DNA of 64,000 bases. Source: the human T2T-CHM13v2.0 reference genome, Homo sapiens. How positions within the stretch are numbered: position 1 is the first letter of the stretch; every line of letters begins with the position of its first letter. The position numbers and the translations under genes are program-made. Shown here in pieces: positions 1 through 11,973 of this stretch. Location of the stretch: assembly GCF_009914755.1 (NCBI RefSeq), contig NC_060931.1. The stretch is one strand, 5' to 3'. The notes under the pieces were generated by a model. That model was not told where the DNA came from. It was given only the letters and a program-made list of their open reading frames with translations, and ran no database searches.

Positions 1-19
1 ACAGGCTTTTTAAAAATTT

Positions 20-350
20 GTTTCAACTGTGGTAAAGTACACAAAACATAAAATACAGCATTTTAACCATTTTGAAGTGTGCAGCTCATGGGCAGTGGGT
101 GCACTCACATTGCTGTGCGGCTGTTGTCACCGTCCGCCTCCAGAACTCTTACCTGGCAGAGCGGAAACTATCCCCATGACATGGGAATCCCCATTTGCCC
201 TCCCCCAGCCCCTGGCACCCACCATTCCACTTTCTGTCCTTATGATTTGACAACTCTAGGGACGTCCTCTAAGTGGAGTCAGACTATGTCCTTTTGTGAC
301 TGCGTTTTGTCACTCCACATTGTGTCCTCAGCTTCCTCCGTGTTGCACCC
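20..350 (-). mobile_element. Old L1M (L1MB-like) 3' fragment, antisense
   Basis: Resembles the L1M 3' end: TGTGGTAAAGTACACAAAACATAAAAT..CCATTTTGAAGTGT..CCCTGGCACCCACCATTCCACTTTCTGTC. Confidence 0.65.
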
Positions 351-1077
351 TGTCCGAATTCCCTTCCGCTGCAGGCTGTGACACTCCATGCATGGAAGGA
401 CCATCCTTGACAGGCTGTGTGAGCTGCCCTTCCCCATGCCTGCCACTTCCAGGGATGACAAGCTGACCCCTGTCCCCACACACCCCACCCTTATAGCTTA
501 TTGCTTTGCGTTGGTCCAAAACCACCCGCTCAGCTGAGCCTCTGGGATGACCAGAGCTGATCACCAGACAGCTCAAGGCGGGCCTCCCCCCTCCTATCTC
601 TTTCCAAGCTAAACACAAGCAGTTCTACATAAATATGTTATGGTAAATAATGAGATAGTAAATATGCTGTAACAGATCATCAAAGGGTGAAGACCCGTCT
701 CCACGAACCGTGCATCACCTCTGCCACCCCATCCCTCCCCCCACGACCCCCCTGCTCTTCCACCGGGGCCCCCACCCCATTCTACTGAGGCATGTGTCCT
801 CGCCCTGCTGCATGGTGCACCCCTGCGTGTGTGTCCGCCGGATCAGAACCCCTCACTGCAGGGTGTACTGTCCCAGGAAGCGGGAGGCGGACGGAGACAG
901 GCTCCCATTTTCAGCCCCAAACCTGACATTCCACAGAGACGTTCCTCCCATTTCCGCAGCTGCATGGACACCCTCGCGTGCCCCGTTTCTGCTCGTGCTC
1001 CCTAATCTGAGCACCTTCAGACCCTTTCTGGTCCCGGGCTCAGGCCTCCTTGGCAGCCTCGCCCTCCTCCAGCCCAA

Positions 1078-1217
1078 GGAGCTGTTCTGTCGTGGCTTTG
1101 GAATTCAGATGCTCTCACTGTGATAGAGATGGGGTCTTGGGGGGCTGGGAGCTGTTCTGTCGTGGCTTTGGAGTTCAGATGCTCTCACTGTGATAGAGAT
1201 GGGGTCTTGGGGGGCTG
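1078..1217. repeat. 70-bp tandem duplication (2 copies, 1 mismatch)
   Basis: 1078-1147 versus 1148-1217 differ only at 1103/1173. Confidence 0.95.
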
Positions 1218-1331
1218 CCTCCACCACTGCCTGCCCTGCTCAGCGCTGACCCACTTCCCTTGACCAGAGTTTTGGCCTCTCTGAATGGGACGGTCGTTTT
1301 AGTCCTGAGGGCCCATAAGAAGCCCAGTGGC

Positions 1332-1873
<542 letters not shown>

Positions 1874-3358
1874 CTAGACCCATCCTCTTGGAGGTCCTTC
1901 TAGCGCTGCCTATGTGGAGATTCTTCCCCACTCATCTTGGGGGTTTGGATTTGTTGCATAAAGCAGCTGATGTGTTTCCCACAGGGTCCTGCCAGCTAAG
2001 CCAAGGGCCCATGCATTGGCACTGGGGTCTAGCAGAGAGAGGGGAGCAGGATGGCCCGGCCTACCTCAGGCAGCCTAACCTATGAGCCCATCCTGAGTAC
2101 TCCTGATGGAGATGGGGAGGTGCCCAGACAGACAGCAAGTGGGGCCCAGCCGCCTCATCAGAATCAGGGCCAGGCTCCACCTGGGAACAGGCCCGTAGCC
2201 TACAGCCCACGGCCCCTGAGAGCAGGGTCATCACACTCCAATGAGTCATGTGCATTTTGAATTTCAGTTGCTGCCCAGCCCCTTTGCCAGGCCCTAATGT
2301 CTTCCAGATCTCTGGTGGAGAATGTGCCCCTGCTCATCAACAGATAGCTGGCTGGGCTGGCTCCTTCCTGCCTGGTGCCTCCCCCGGCTGCCTTTAGCAA
2401 GTGCTGACTGCACTGAGTCCACTGGGACCTTTTCCTTTTGGGTTTCGAGGCTCCTCCCACTCACCCCCACCCTAGTGCTGGAAGAAGTGAGTCTGCAGCT
2501 GAAGGGTTGCTGGGGAGTCAGTCTTTCCTCTTACTTAGGAGGGGACCAGGCATACACACACTGTCACAGGTCAGCCAGGCCAGTCAGGGACCAGTGACTC
2601 ACCTTCCTCCTCAGCCTCCTGGCAGCCGGCCAGCCCTACCCCGGCCCTGCCGGGACGAAGGAGGCCACCCACTGTCTAGACAGATAACACTGTGGGTATA
2701 CTTATCTGCAGGGCAAGCTCATGAGAAAAATTTTTTTCAGGGAATTTTGTTTTGGGGTCTCCTGAGAGTTCCCCTGTGGCCCAGTGTCTTCTGTTTTCTT
2801 CTTTCTCCAAAAAGATTTAACATCACTTCTTCCACCTAAATGTCTGCCAAAGTCATTGCTTCCCCAAGAGTCTGCAGCATTAGATCTGCTCTCCCCTTCT
2901 AAGCCACGCACCCTTGATCTCTGTTCATGGTGGCGGCCTCCGCATCCTCAGGGCCGAGCAGGGAGTCCGTGGGTCAGCTGGGCTCCCTTCCTCGTGGGCT
3001 GATATCACCGCTGCATGTGTGCACAGGCCTCACCCTGCAGACCACAGGCCAGGGCACTGGAGGACACCCACAGAGGCCTGTGCCTTCACTTCCATTTCCT
3101 CGTGGAGCACCCCCTCCCAGGGGCTTGGGCTGAGCTGAGGGACAGCTGTCATCCTCATCTGGCCAAGGAGGGAGCCAGGGCTCAGCGATCTGGTGTTGCT
3201 ACGTCCCAGGGCTCTACGCCCCCATGGTGCAGGAGCAGTCTCTGCATTTGGCCACAGGCCACCTGCTTCCTTGCTCCCCCGCCCCACCGTGGCTTCCTTC
3301 CCCTCCTCTGGCTCTTCTTGTTCCCATCTATTCCACCCCTCTCTCCTTTTTCTGACAG

Positions 3359-6300
3359 GTCCATGGCCAACCTCTCTGTCCTGTTTGGGCAGGTGAGTGG
3401 CCGGTAGGGTGGAGGGCCTGGGGTGTGGAGTTTGTGCCGTGTGTGCCGCTGTGGGAGCTGCCTATTGACTGGGTGTGGGCGGGCAGAGGAGCTGGGGAGA
3501 CCCCAGCCCAGAGCCATGGCCACTCCCTGGAGATGCTGTTGTCACCCCTACTCCTGCCTCCCTGCGGACTTTGGATCCCCTCCCACAGGTGGTCCGGGGG
3601 CTGAGTGCAGGTGCCCGGGTCTTTGAGTACATGGCCCTGAACCCCTGCATCCCACTGTCTGGGGGCTGCTGCGTCCCCAAAGAGCAGCTGCGTGGCTCCG
3701 TTACATTTCAGAACGTCTGCTTCAGGTCAGCACGGGTGAGCAGGCGTGGGGATGGGTCCCTGGGCCGGGGATGAGGCGAGTGGATTCGGGGGTGGAGGTC
3801 TGGACTAATGTCCCCCATAAACAGGCCCTCTCAGAGGGCTACAGGGAGACTTCAGGAGGGACCCGGGCAACAAGGGCTGGGAGCCTGGTCTGACTGGGGG
3901 TCTCTCGGCTCCTCCCAGCTACCCCTGCCGCCCCGGCTTCGAGGTGCTGAAAGACTTCACCCTGACGCTGCCCCCTGGCAAGATCGTGGCCCTCGTGGGC
4001 CAGTCTGGCGGAGGTAAGGGGAGCCCACCACCTCTTCACCCTCTGACTCTTCTCTAGCAGCCACTCAGAGCAAGGCCGGGAGCAGTGAGCCCCCGGTGGG
4101 GTCCCTTCCTCCACTGCCACAAGGGGCCTTCTTTCCTGGGACAATCCCTAGAATCCCTGGCCTCCCTCCCTCTCAACCCAATTCCCCAGGAAAGACCACC
4201 GTGGCTTCCCTGCTGGAGCGCTTCTACGACCCCACGGCAGGCGTGGTGATGCTGGATGGGCGGGACCTGCGCACCCTTGACCCCTCCTGGCTCCGGGGCC
4301 AGGTTGTCGGCTTCATCAGCCAGGTGCGGGGCCACATGGGCAGCCCTTGGCTCCCACTGCCCGTCCTCCCCTGGGCCCTGCCCCCTTAGTCCTCAGGTGC
4401 CTTTTCTTTCTTTCCCACCCTCATCCTTGCTGCTCTCGGGAGACCCTGGCCGTCTTCACATGTCCTCAGCTGTTGTCTGGGTGAGGCATCCCTGTCGTGG
4501 GAGCAGCCACAGCTCTGCCTGGTCTCCCAGAGCAGGGACGCTTTGTCCGCATTTACAGCAGTCTACACAGATGGGGAATCCCTCAGATTCTCTGCAAATC
4601 CCATAGCATCCAGGTCTAGAGAAGCCTATAGTGGAGGTGCTGAGCTGCAGCCGTTCTCCCTCTGCTTGAGGTGGCACTGCCCAGCGAGGGTCCACCCTTC
4701 CCTTTGAGGGCCGTGAATGAAGAGGGCATGCCTGCTGTCCGCCAGGGAGAGTGCCTGTGCAGAAGAAAGGCAAATGCAAGCCCCCAACTCCCAGCGCCCT
4801 GCCCTGCCAGCTCCTCCCACTCCCACTCCTGGGGAGGGATTCTGGGCCCTTGGTAGGAAGTCGAACTGTCCTTCCCTTTTGGGGGCCACTCTGCATCCTC
4901 ACTTCACCTCTGACTTTGAACGTCTGATTCTTCAAGAGATCCTAATCTAATCCACCAGATAGACTGTCCCATTGTGTATGGTGGCCCCTCCAGTTTCTGG
5001 GGCAAAGAGAATGTTTCTATGGACTCTGTCTCCATAACCCCTCACCCACAGGAGCCCGTCCTGTTTGGGACGACCATCATGGAAAACATCCGCTTTGGGA
5101 AGCTGGAAGCTTCCGATGAAGAGGTGTACACAGCCGCCCGGGAAGCGAATGCTCACGAGTTCATCACCAGCTTCCCCGAGGGCTACAACACGGTCGTCGG
5201 TGGGTGCTCGGGTCTGCCGGGAACCAGGTGGTGAGGCACTGGGACACAGGATTCCACAGGAGCAGTGAGCAGCCCAGTGGGACTGAGGGCAGCAGGGACA
5301 GCTGGGGAGAAAGACAGTTGTGTCAGGGAAGACCAGAACCACAGCCAAAGGGGACAGAGTCGTTGTGTGGGGACAGGGGAGTCCAGGCCAGTGTGGTTCA
5401 GAACCAGCAGACCAGGCAGGCTGCAGAGACAGGACGGGCTCTAGGAGGAGCTGGAGAATGCGACAGAGGGCATATGACAGGCTCCTGGCCAGGGACACAG
5501 TGATGCATGGTGTTTGGAGTCCTCACCGAGTCTAAAAGGCCGCCACTTCCCCAGACTGAACAGAAGAAATGGGGGGCTGCCTCCTCTCCACCATCCATCC
5601 CCCTCTGGCTCCTGTTTCCTTCCTGTGCTTTTCATCTCTAAAGTCGTTTCTCATTAGAATCGGGGTGACTGGATGGGCCCCAGGAGAGGGCTCTGGTGGT
5701 TCTGAACTAGGAACACGCAGCCTGGCACTGCAGGGCGTGCACCTTGCAGCTTGACGTGCGGAGCTCCCAGGTCTTTTTCCAGCCTTCGGGGCCATGTTTC
5801 TCGGCCAGTGTCTTGGCTCTGTTGCACAGTGTTTCAGCACTTCTCAGGATACAGGGATACCTGGGCTTCTCAACTCTGGTCAGTCTGAGTCCAGCCTTCT
5901 GAGCTGTGGGGCCAGTGTCCCCAGCCCAGCCATCGTGTTCTAGATGGCTCCTCCAGCCGTGTTGATACACTGTCCAGATGCCAGCTGTCCTCACTGGGTG
6001 CTCTCCCACATCTCTTTTGGGTGGCACTTTCCTTGTGTCTCTGATCCTAGTACTTTCTGCTCATTTGGGCCTTCTTGGGGCTGCGTCCTTACTGACCTGT
6101 CACCCTGCTGTCACCTTGAGGTTCTTTTTGGCTCCCAGGCTGCCACTTGTGCTGTCCTCTGTGGGCTTCGAATCCCACCTCCCTGGAGTCACTGGACCCC
6201 AGAGCCCATGTTTGGGTGCTGGATGTTCCCCACAGCCACAGAGACCCGGGAGGCTGGGAAGGTGGCTTGGAACTGCAGGCACAGGGCAGGGTGTGGGTCA

Positions 6301-8440
6301 TCCTGGCCTGAGGCACTGCCATGGCTGGGGAGGGGCATTTGGCAACTCCCTTGGAGTGCACCAAGCCCTGCTGGCGGTGTCACACCACCCTCAGAGGCAG
6401 GGCAAGTGTGCACAGTGGCTGAGGGACCCAGAGGTGGGATGAGCCAGTGCAGGGGGAACCCAGAGGAGGAGTGTACACAGTGTGGGGTGGGGGGTCAGAG
6501 GCAGGAGGAGGGTGCACAGTGCGGGGTGGGGGTCAGAGACAGGACTAGGGTGCACAGTGCGGGGTGGAGGGTCAGAGACAGGACTAGGGTGCACAGTGTG
6601 GGGTGGAGGGTCAGAGACAGGACTAGGGTGCACAGTGCGGGGTGGAGGGTCAGAGACAGGACTAGGGTGCACAGTGTGGGGTGGAGGGTCAGAGGCAGGA
6701 CTAGGGTGCACAGTGCAAGGTGGAGGGTCAGAGGCAGGACGAGCGTACACAGTGCGGGGTAGAGGGTCAGAGGCAGGACGAGGGTGCACAGTGCGGGGTG
6801 GGGGGTCAGAGGCAGGAGGAGGGTGCACAGTGCGGGGTGGGGGTCAGAGGCAGGAGGAGGGTGCACAGTGTGGGGTGGGGGGTCAGAGGCAGGAGGAGGA
6901 TGCACAGTGCGGGGTGGGGGTCAGAGGCAGGAGGAGGGTGCACAGTGCTGAGAGGGGCACTTAGAGGATCTTGATGGGCGTTCAGGAAGGACCCTGTGCC
7001 CCTTTGTGGGCCACCCTCAAGTGCACAGCTTCAGGCTCCTGCCCTGCCCCTCCCTTCCCAGGTGAACGGGGCACTACCCTGTCTGGGGGCCAGAAGCAGC
7101 GCCTGGCCATCGCCCGAGCCCTTATCAAGCAGCCCACGGTGCTGATACTGGATGAAGCTACCAGCGCGCTGGATGCAGAGTCCGAGCGGGTTGTACAGGA
7201 GGCCCTGGACCGGGCCAGTGCAGGCCGCACGGTGCTGGTAATTGCCCACCGGCTCAGCACTGTCCGTGGGGCCCACTGCATTGTCGTCATGGCCGATGGC
7301 CGTGTCTGGGAGGTTAGTTGTCCTGGGGGCGTGGATCAGTGGGTTGAGGATGGCTTCATCACGGACAGTGGCACAATGCTGCAATGAGTTATATGAAGTT
7401 GTGGCCTGGCCCCAGGGCCTTGGGGGCTATATTCTGGAAGCAGCGTCCCATATAGAGTCAGGAGTTCCTGCATTCAGCCAAGCCCTGGCCTCTCAGGCCC
7501 TCAGTTTCTTCTTCTGTCCCCTGGGATAGTATAATTGCACCATCAGCTCCCAGGATCAAAAGGAAAAGTACTAGCCGGGTGCCTGTAATCCCAGCACTTT
7601 GGGAAGCCAAGGCAGAAGGATCTCTTGAGGCTAGCCTGGGCAGCATAGCGGGACCCTGTCTCTACAAAATACCAAAAAAAAAAAATTAGCCGGATGTGGT
7701 GGCATGCACCTGTACTCCCAGCTACTCTGGAGGCGGAGGCGGGAGGATTACTTGAGCCCCAGAGGTTGAGGCTGCAGTGAACAATGATTGTGCCATTGCG
7801 CTCCAGCCTGGCATCAGAATGAGACCCTGTCTCAAAAAACAAAAAGGAAACATACTCAGAGTATGGTGCTGGGAGCAAGGAGCAGGGCTAGCTGCCCAGG
7901 GTATCAGGTGCAGGAGAAGCAGCGCCAAGGAACCTGTGCAGGGAGTCAGGAGTAGGACCCCAGAGGCCGTGTGGCGTTGGCTAACAGCCACTCATTCAAG
8001 CCAAGGCTGAGGGGCTCGTGCAGGGAGACGGATCCTGAGTTGGAGCCTTGGGCTCTGTAAGGGGGACAGAGGGAATCATGTTCTTCCAAAATTCAGCTAA
8101 GTAAGGAAGTGGCAGTAACTAATGCAGCATGCCAGTGGCGGTTCCTTTCAGATTGGGCATTGGTTTCAGAGTGTCCCCAGAAGGGACACCGGCCTAAGTG
8201 ACCATGGGCCCAATGGCTGATAGAGAGGCTCAGCTCTCTGAGGGTTCTGAAGCCTGCATGCCTTGGAGCAACCATCCGCCCTTCCCTCCCATCTTCCAGG
8301 CTGGGACACATGAAGAGCTCCTGAAGAAAGGCGGGCTATACGCCGAGCTCATCCGGAGGCAGGCCCTGGATGCCCCGAGGACAGCGGCCCCACCGCCCAA
8401 AAAGCCAGAAGGCCCCAGGAGCCACCAGCACAAGTCCTGA
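3359..8440 (+). CDS. ABCB8: Mitochondrial ABC transporter B8, 3' part (end of TM domain plus nucleotide-binding domain); 5' exons lie upstream of the window
   Basis: Exons 3359-3392, 3589-3725, 3919-4013, 4190-4323, 5052-5199, 7062-7312, 8300-8440, all GT-AG. They splice in frame to give Walker A GQSGGGKT, signature LSGGQKQR, Walker [12 protein letters not shown]-loop IAHRLST and C-terminus PRSHQHKS*. Confidence 0.97.
6465..6950. repeat. G-rich minisatellite/VNTR, about 12-13 copies of a 38-39 bp unit
   Basis: Unit about AGGGTGCACAGTGCGGGGTGGAGGGTCAGAGRCAGGACT; CACAGTG recurs every 38-39 nt. Confidence 0.95.
7573..7845 (+). mobile_element. AluJ-like element with internal deletions
   Basis: Alu homology with J-type TTGAGCCCC..GAGGTTGAGGCTGCAGTGA. 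Confidence 0.85.
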
Positions 8441-8573
8441 GAAGGGCCCCCTGAGGTGTGGTCGCTGCCAAGCATCAGTGTTAGGGCTGGGGCTCAGCCT
8501 GGGGGAGCCTACTGGGGACTGAGCCCCCAGGAGGGCCAGCATGTGGAGAGTCGCTGCGGCTGCTCCTGCTCAC

Positions 8574-8579
8574 AATAAA
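8574..8579 (+). terminator. ABCB8: ABCB8 proximal polyadenylation signal AATAAA
   Basis: Canonical hexamer 134 nt after the stop. Confidence 0.6.
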
Positions 8580-10544
8580 GCCGGGGCCGAGCAGCTGGCA
8601 GGGGAGGCCAATCCCTCCCTCCCCTCCCCAGTCCTGCCGGCTGCCTCCCTCCCACCAGAGTCTGCCAGAGTCATTGGGCTGCAATGGGCAGAGACAGAGT
8701 TCCCCGAGACACCTCCACTCTATTCTCCCTTTGCCCAGACCCCTCCAGACCTCTCAAGAGACGTTCTGGCCAGTCTCCCTGCCCCACCCAGCAGCTTCAA
8801 ATTGGCCAGGCCTACAGTAGCTCCAGGGAATTTTTAAAAATCAGGGTCTGGAAGTGGGCCTGGGAATTCAAACCTAGGCTCTTCCCACACCCTTGCTAGG
8901 ACCTCACTTCCCTAGACTGGCGACTGACTCCCTCTCCTGTGTCCCCACTCCCTCCATGGGAGAAGGAGCCTATCCCCTGGCTCACCCCGGGACCCACAGT
9001 CCCCATCTTCCAAACAACCTCCCTCCTTTCTCCCTGCACAGTGAACACAGTCCTGATTTCTAGATTTCACCTCCCCTCCCCACCCACAAGGGACACAGGC
9101 CTAACAGGGCCCAACACTTGGGTCAGGGTAGGAGGGACGGGGCCACAATGGCCAGTTCCCACGAGAAGCGCCAGCCTGCCTGGCTGTCTTCCACCGGCCC
9201 TGCCCTGTGTGCCTGGCGTCTTTCACCCACTGAGATTGTGAACCAGCCTCCATCTACACCAAGAACACCCAGCACTGAAGGAGATGGGAGGGGCTGATGC
9301 CCACCTGGAGCTCTCTGCTTCCTGCCCACAGTGCTGACGAGTACAGAGCTAAATGGAGCAGCTACTGCAGAATCCAGTACAGAATCGGTCCAGGAGGGTG
9401 CGGCTGTGGACAGGCCAGCATCCCCAGCAGGTTCTGGGAGGCGCACCTTGAAAGGGGAAGGCAGACATCCTGAGTGATGGGCGCCTGTGGCCCTGAGACT
9501 GTGGATGAGGGGGCTAGGCTCCAGCTGGCTTCTGAGGGGCCTGGAAAGGCACACAAGTAGGTCCTTGGCTGAACTGGTGCCCCAGCAGGACCTCGTGTCC
9601 CTGCACTGCTGCAGATGCATCAGCCCTCCCCATGTTGGTGCCGCTGTCACTTCCTACTGGGATCCTTCCCCTATCCAGCCACATCCAGGCTGTGGGACTA
9701 CACGGTGCCCTGTTCCCCTGGGCAGGAGAAGAGGTGGTACCTGCAATGCACCTTCACAGCCAGGCAAGCATTCTGGATTTACCCTGTGTAAAGAAGGGTG
9801 GTACCCTCTTTCAGGGGTGTGATGCAGTGCATTGATGGAGCAGCTGGTGCTGCTGGGAGGCCAGCCTGGAAGAGGCAGCAGTGGCTCAAGTTTGCGTGCA
9901 GGAGCCAGAGTGGGACCCACGGGCTCTTGTGGGTGTGGTTTAGAACTAGATGGTGCTTTGGGGACAAGCCATCCAAAAACCCCAGGCCCACATCCACCCT
10001 GATTTGATATCCCACTTCCTGACAGATCAGAGGCTGTGTCTTTAGGCAGTGGAGGTCCAGGAGCAGAGCCTGGGGCTGGTTCACAGCTAAACCCCTCCTT
10101 AGGGCAGCCCAGAGTAGGGCCTCAGCTGGCAAGTCCACAAGCCCTGCTGGGGCCCTGCTTGTTGGCCTGACCCCTCCCTCACCAGGCAGCCAGCCAAGGT
10201 GGTTCCTGCTTCACCCACTCAGTCATCAGCCTCAGGCTGCCCAAAATGCCTCTGACACCAGATTTATATCTTCTGGGCGGCTTCTTTAAATCCAGCCCTT
10301 CACCCGCCCCCTAGAGAAGCAGTGAAACCCCTTGGCTAGTCCAGCTGGAAGAGCTAGACCGCAGGAGCCGCGCCTTCCTAACCTCGCCTCGGCCTTCGCT
10401 CCACAGTGGAGAGTGGGAGCCTAGCTGTGCTTGATGCTGAATGCCTGTTTTGAGAGTGTGAGTGGGATCATCTACAGTAAATACTTGCAAAGCATGGCAC
10501 TGTGGCTCTGGGGAGCTGGTACGCCTGTGCTGTAACCATGGTAC

Positions 10545-10900
10545 TCAGTCCTTCCAAAGTGTTTATTAATCAAGCACCTGTCATGTGCCATTGAGCCCAC
10601 GATGGGGAATGAGGACAGTCCCTGCCCCCATGAAGCTTGTGTCCTGTTGGGAGGACAGACAGGTGGCCCAGCAGTTGCAGCATGGTGTGTGCACACGTTT
10701 GGCTGGTGGAACCATGTTTCTACCACTCATGGTCAAAAAAAGCCCACCAAAGTCCTGGGAGTTCACATCTGTGTGATGATACGGCAACATTGTTTGTAAT
10801 GGAAAGACTGGACACCCCCAGTGCCCATCAGTGGGGGAGTCATTAAATAAACTATGGTATGTGCACATAATGGGTGGTATGCAGCCCTTTGGAAAAATGT
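10545..10900. mobile_element. Degraded L2-like fragment (about 10545-10680) then sense L1M fragment (about 10770-10900)
   Basis: TTTATT..AAGCACCT..ATGTGCCA..GACAGTCCCTGCCCCCATGAAGCTT (L2-like); CAACATTGTTTGTAAT..TGCCCATCAGT..TAAATAAACTATGGTAT (L1-like). Confidence 0.55.
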
Positions 10901-11973
10901 AGGTTTTCCAGGTCCTGGATATGGCAGCGTAAGATGGGAAATCACAGAATACCCATGTTGTGCCTGAGATGGCAGGTGGGGTACCCGTGGTACCCGGGAG
11001 GGTGGCAGGTGGGGCACCCATGTTCTACCTGGGGTGGCAGGTGAGCCCATAACCATTGTAGAGGCCAACATCCTCAGAGGCCTGAGTGTGGGGAGGTAGG
11101 CTTTGACTCCCTAGGGAGAGAGGGACACTTAGGAAACAGACGGGCCCTGGAAGTGGGACATGAAGAGTGCCCTGGCCATCCAGTGTAGGCTGAGATGCTA
11201 GGGGCACAGAAAGAAGAGATCTGCTGATGCCAGCCTTCCAACCATTTCCCAGCTTGGCCAAGAGCCAGCTCTGGTATTCGTGAAGGAACAGATCCTGGGT
11301 GAAGCTAGAGGGAAGGCCGCAGAGGCAAAAGGAGAGAGGAGCTAGGCCAGGGGTCAGCGACTGACCCTCGCGGCCAGTGTACAGGGGTTGCAACTGGGAG
11401 CCTAGGGGGCCCCAAGGCATCTCCAGGCCCAATCTACCTCTGGGCTTTTCTCAAGCTCTCCCTAGGATTACTGCGGTTTCCTCCTGGCGCCTCTCGTCTT
11501 GGACAGCCATGCCCCCCTCCATGCTGCACTAATGGCTCAGCCTGGGGCCCTAGGGACCTCTCCTACCCCCCAGACTGCTCTGTCGGCCCCCTTTCCCCCC
11601 TACTGCTGAAACCCAATCCTCTGCAGCAGCGCCGGCTCAGCACCGCCGGCTCAGCACCGCTCCGCAGCCCCTGCCTGCCACGGTCAGCTACGTCCCACCT
11701 GGTCTGCTGCGGAGTCCCCAGCCCAGTGCCTAGCCCAGTGGAGCCACCGCCTGTTCCTCGGGAAGGAACAGTGGGACCTGACCGGCCAGATCACCTCCTC
11801 CAATCCTGCCAGGCTAGTGCCTCCCTGCCTTCCAACCTTGGCTGTCTCCCACCCTCTCTTCTCCTCTCCTTGCCTGGCCTCCTGAATCCTATCTTAGCCT
11901 CCTTAGCCCCCTGACTGACTCTCTCTCGCTTCTTCCAAGCCTCTGTAGCTGGTTCCGCTCCTGGGTTCTGGCC

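Noticed and set aside
6465-6950. Regular repeat array as a CRISPR locus, and long ORFs 5944-6762 and 6391-6828
   Set aside because: Units are head-to-tail with no unique spacers, the DNA is human intron, and the ORFs are just the repeat translated.
7352-7372. RE1/REST-like sequence GGCTTCATCACGGACAGTGGC
   Set aside because: Only about 14 of 21 positions match and the left half-site is broken.
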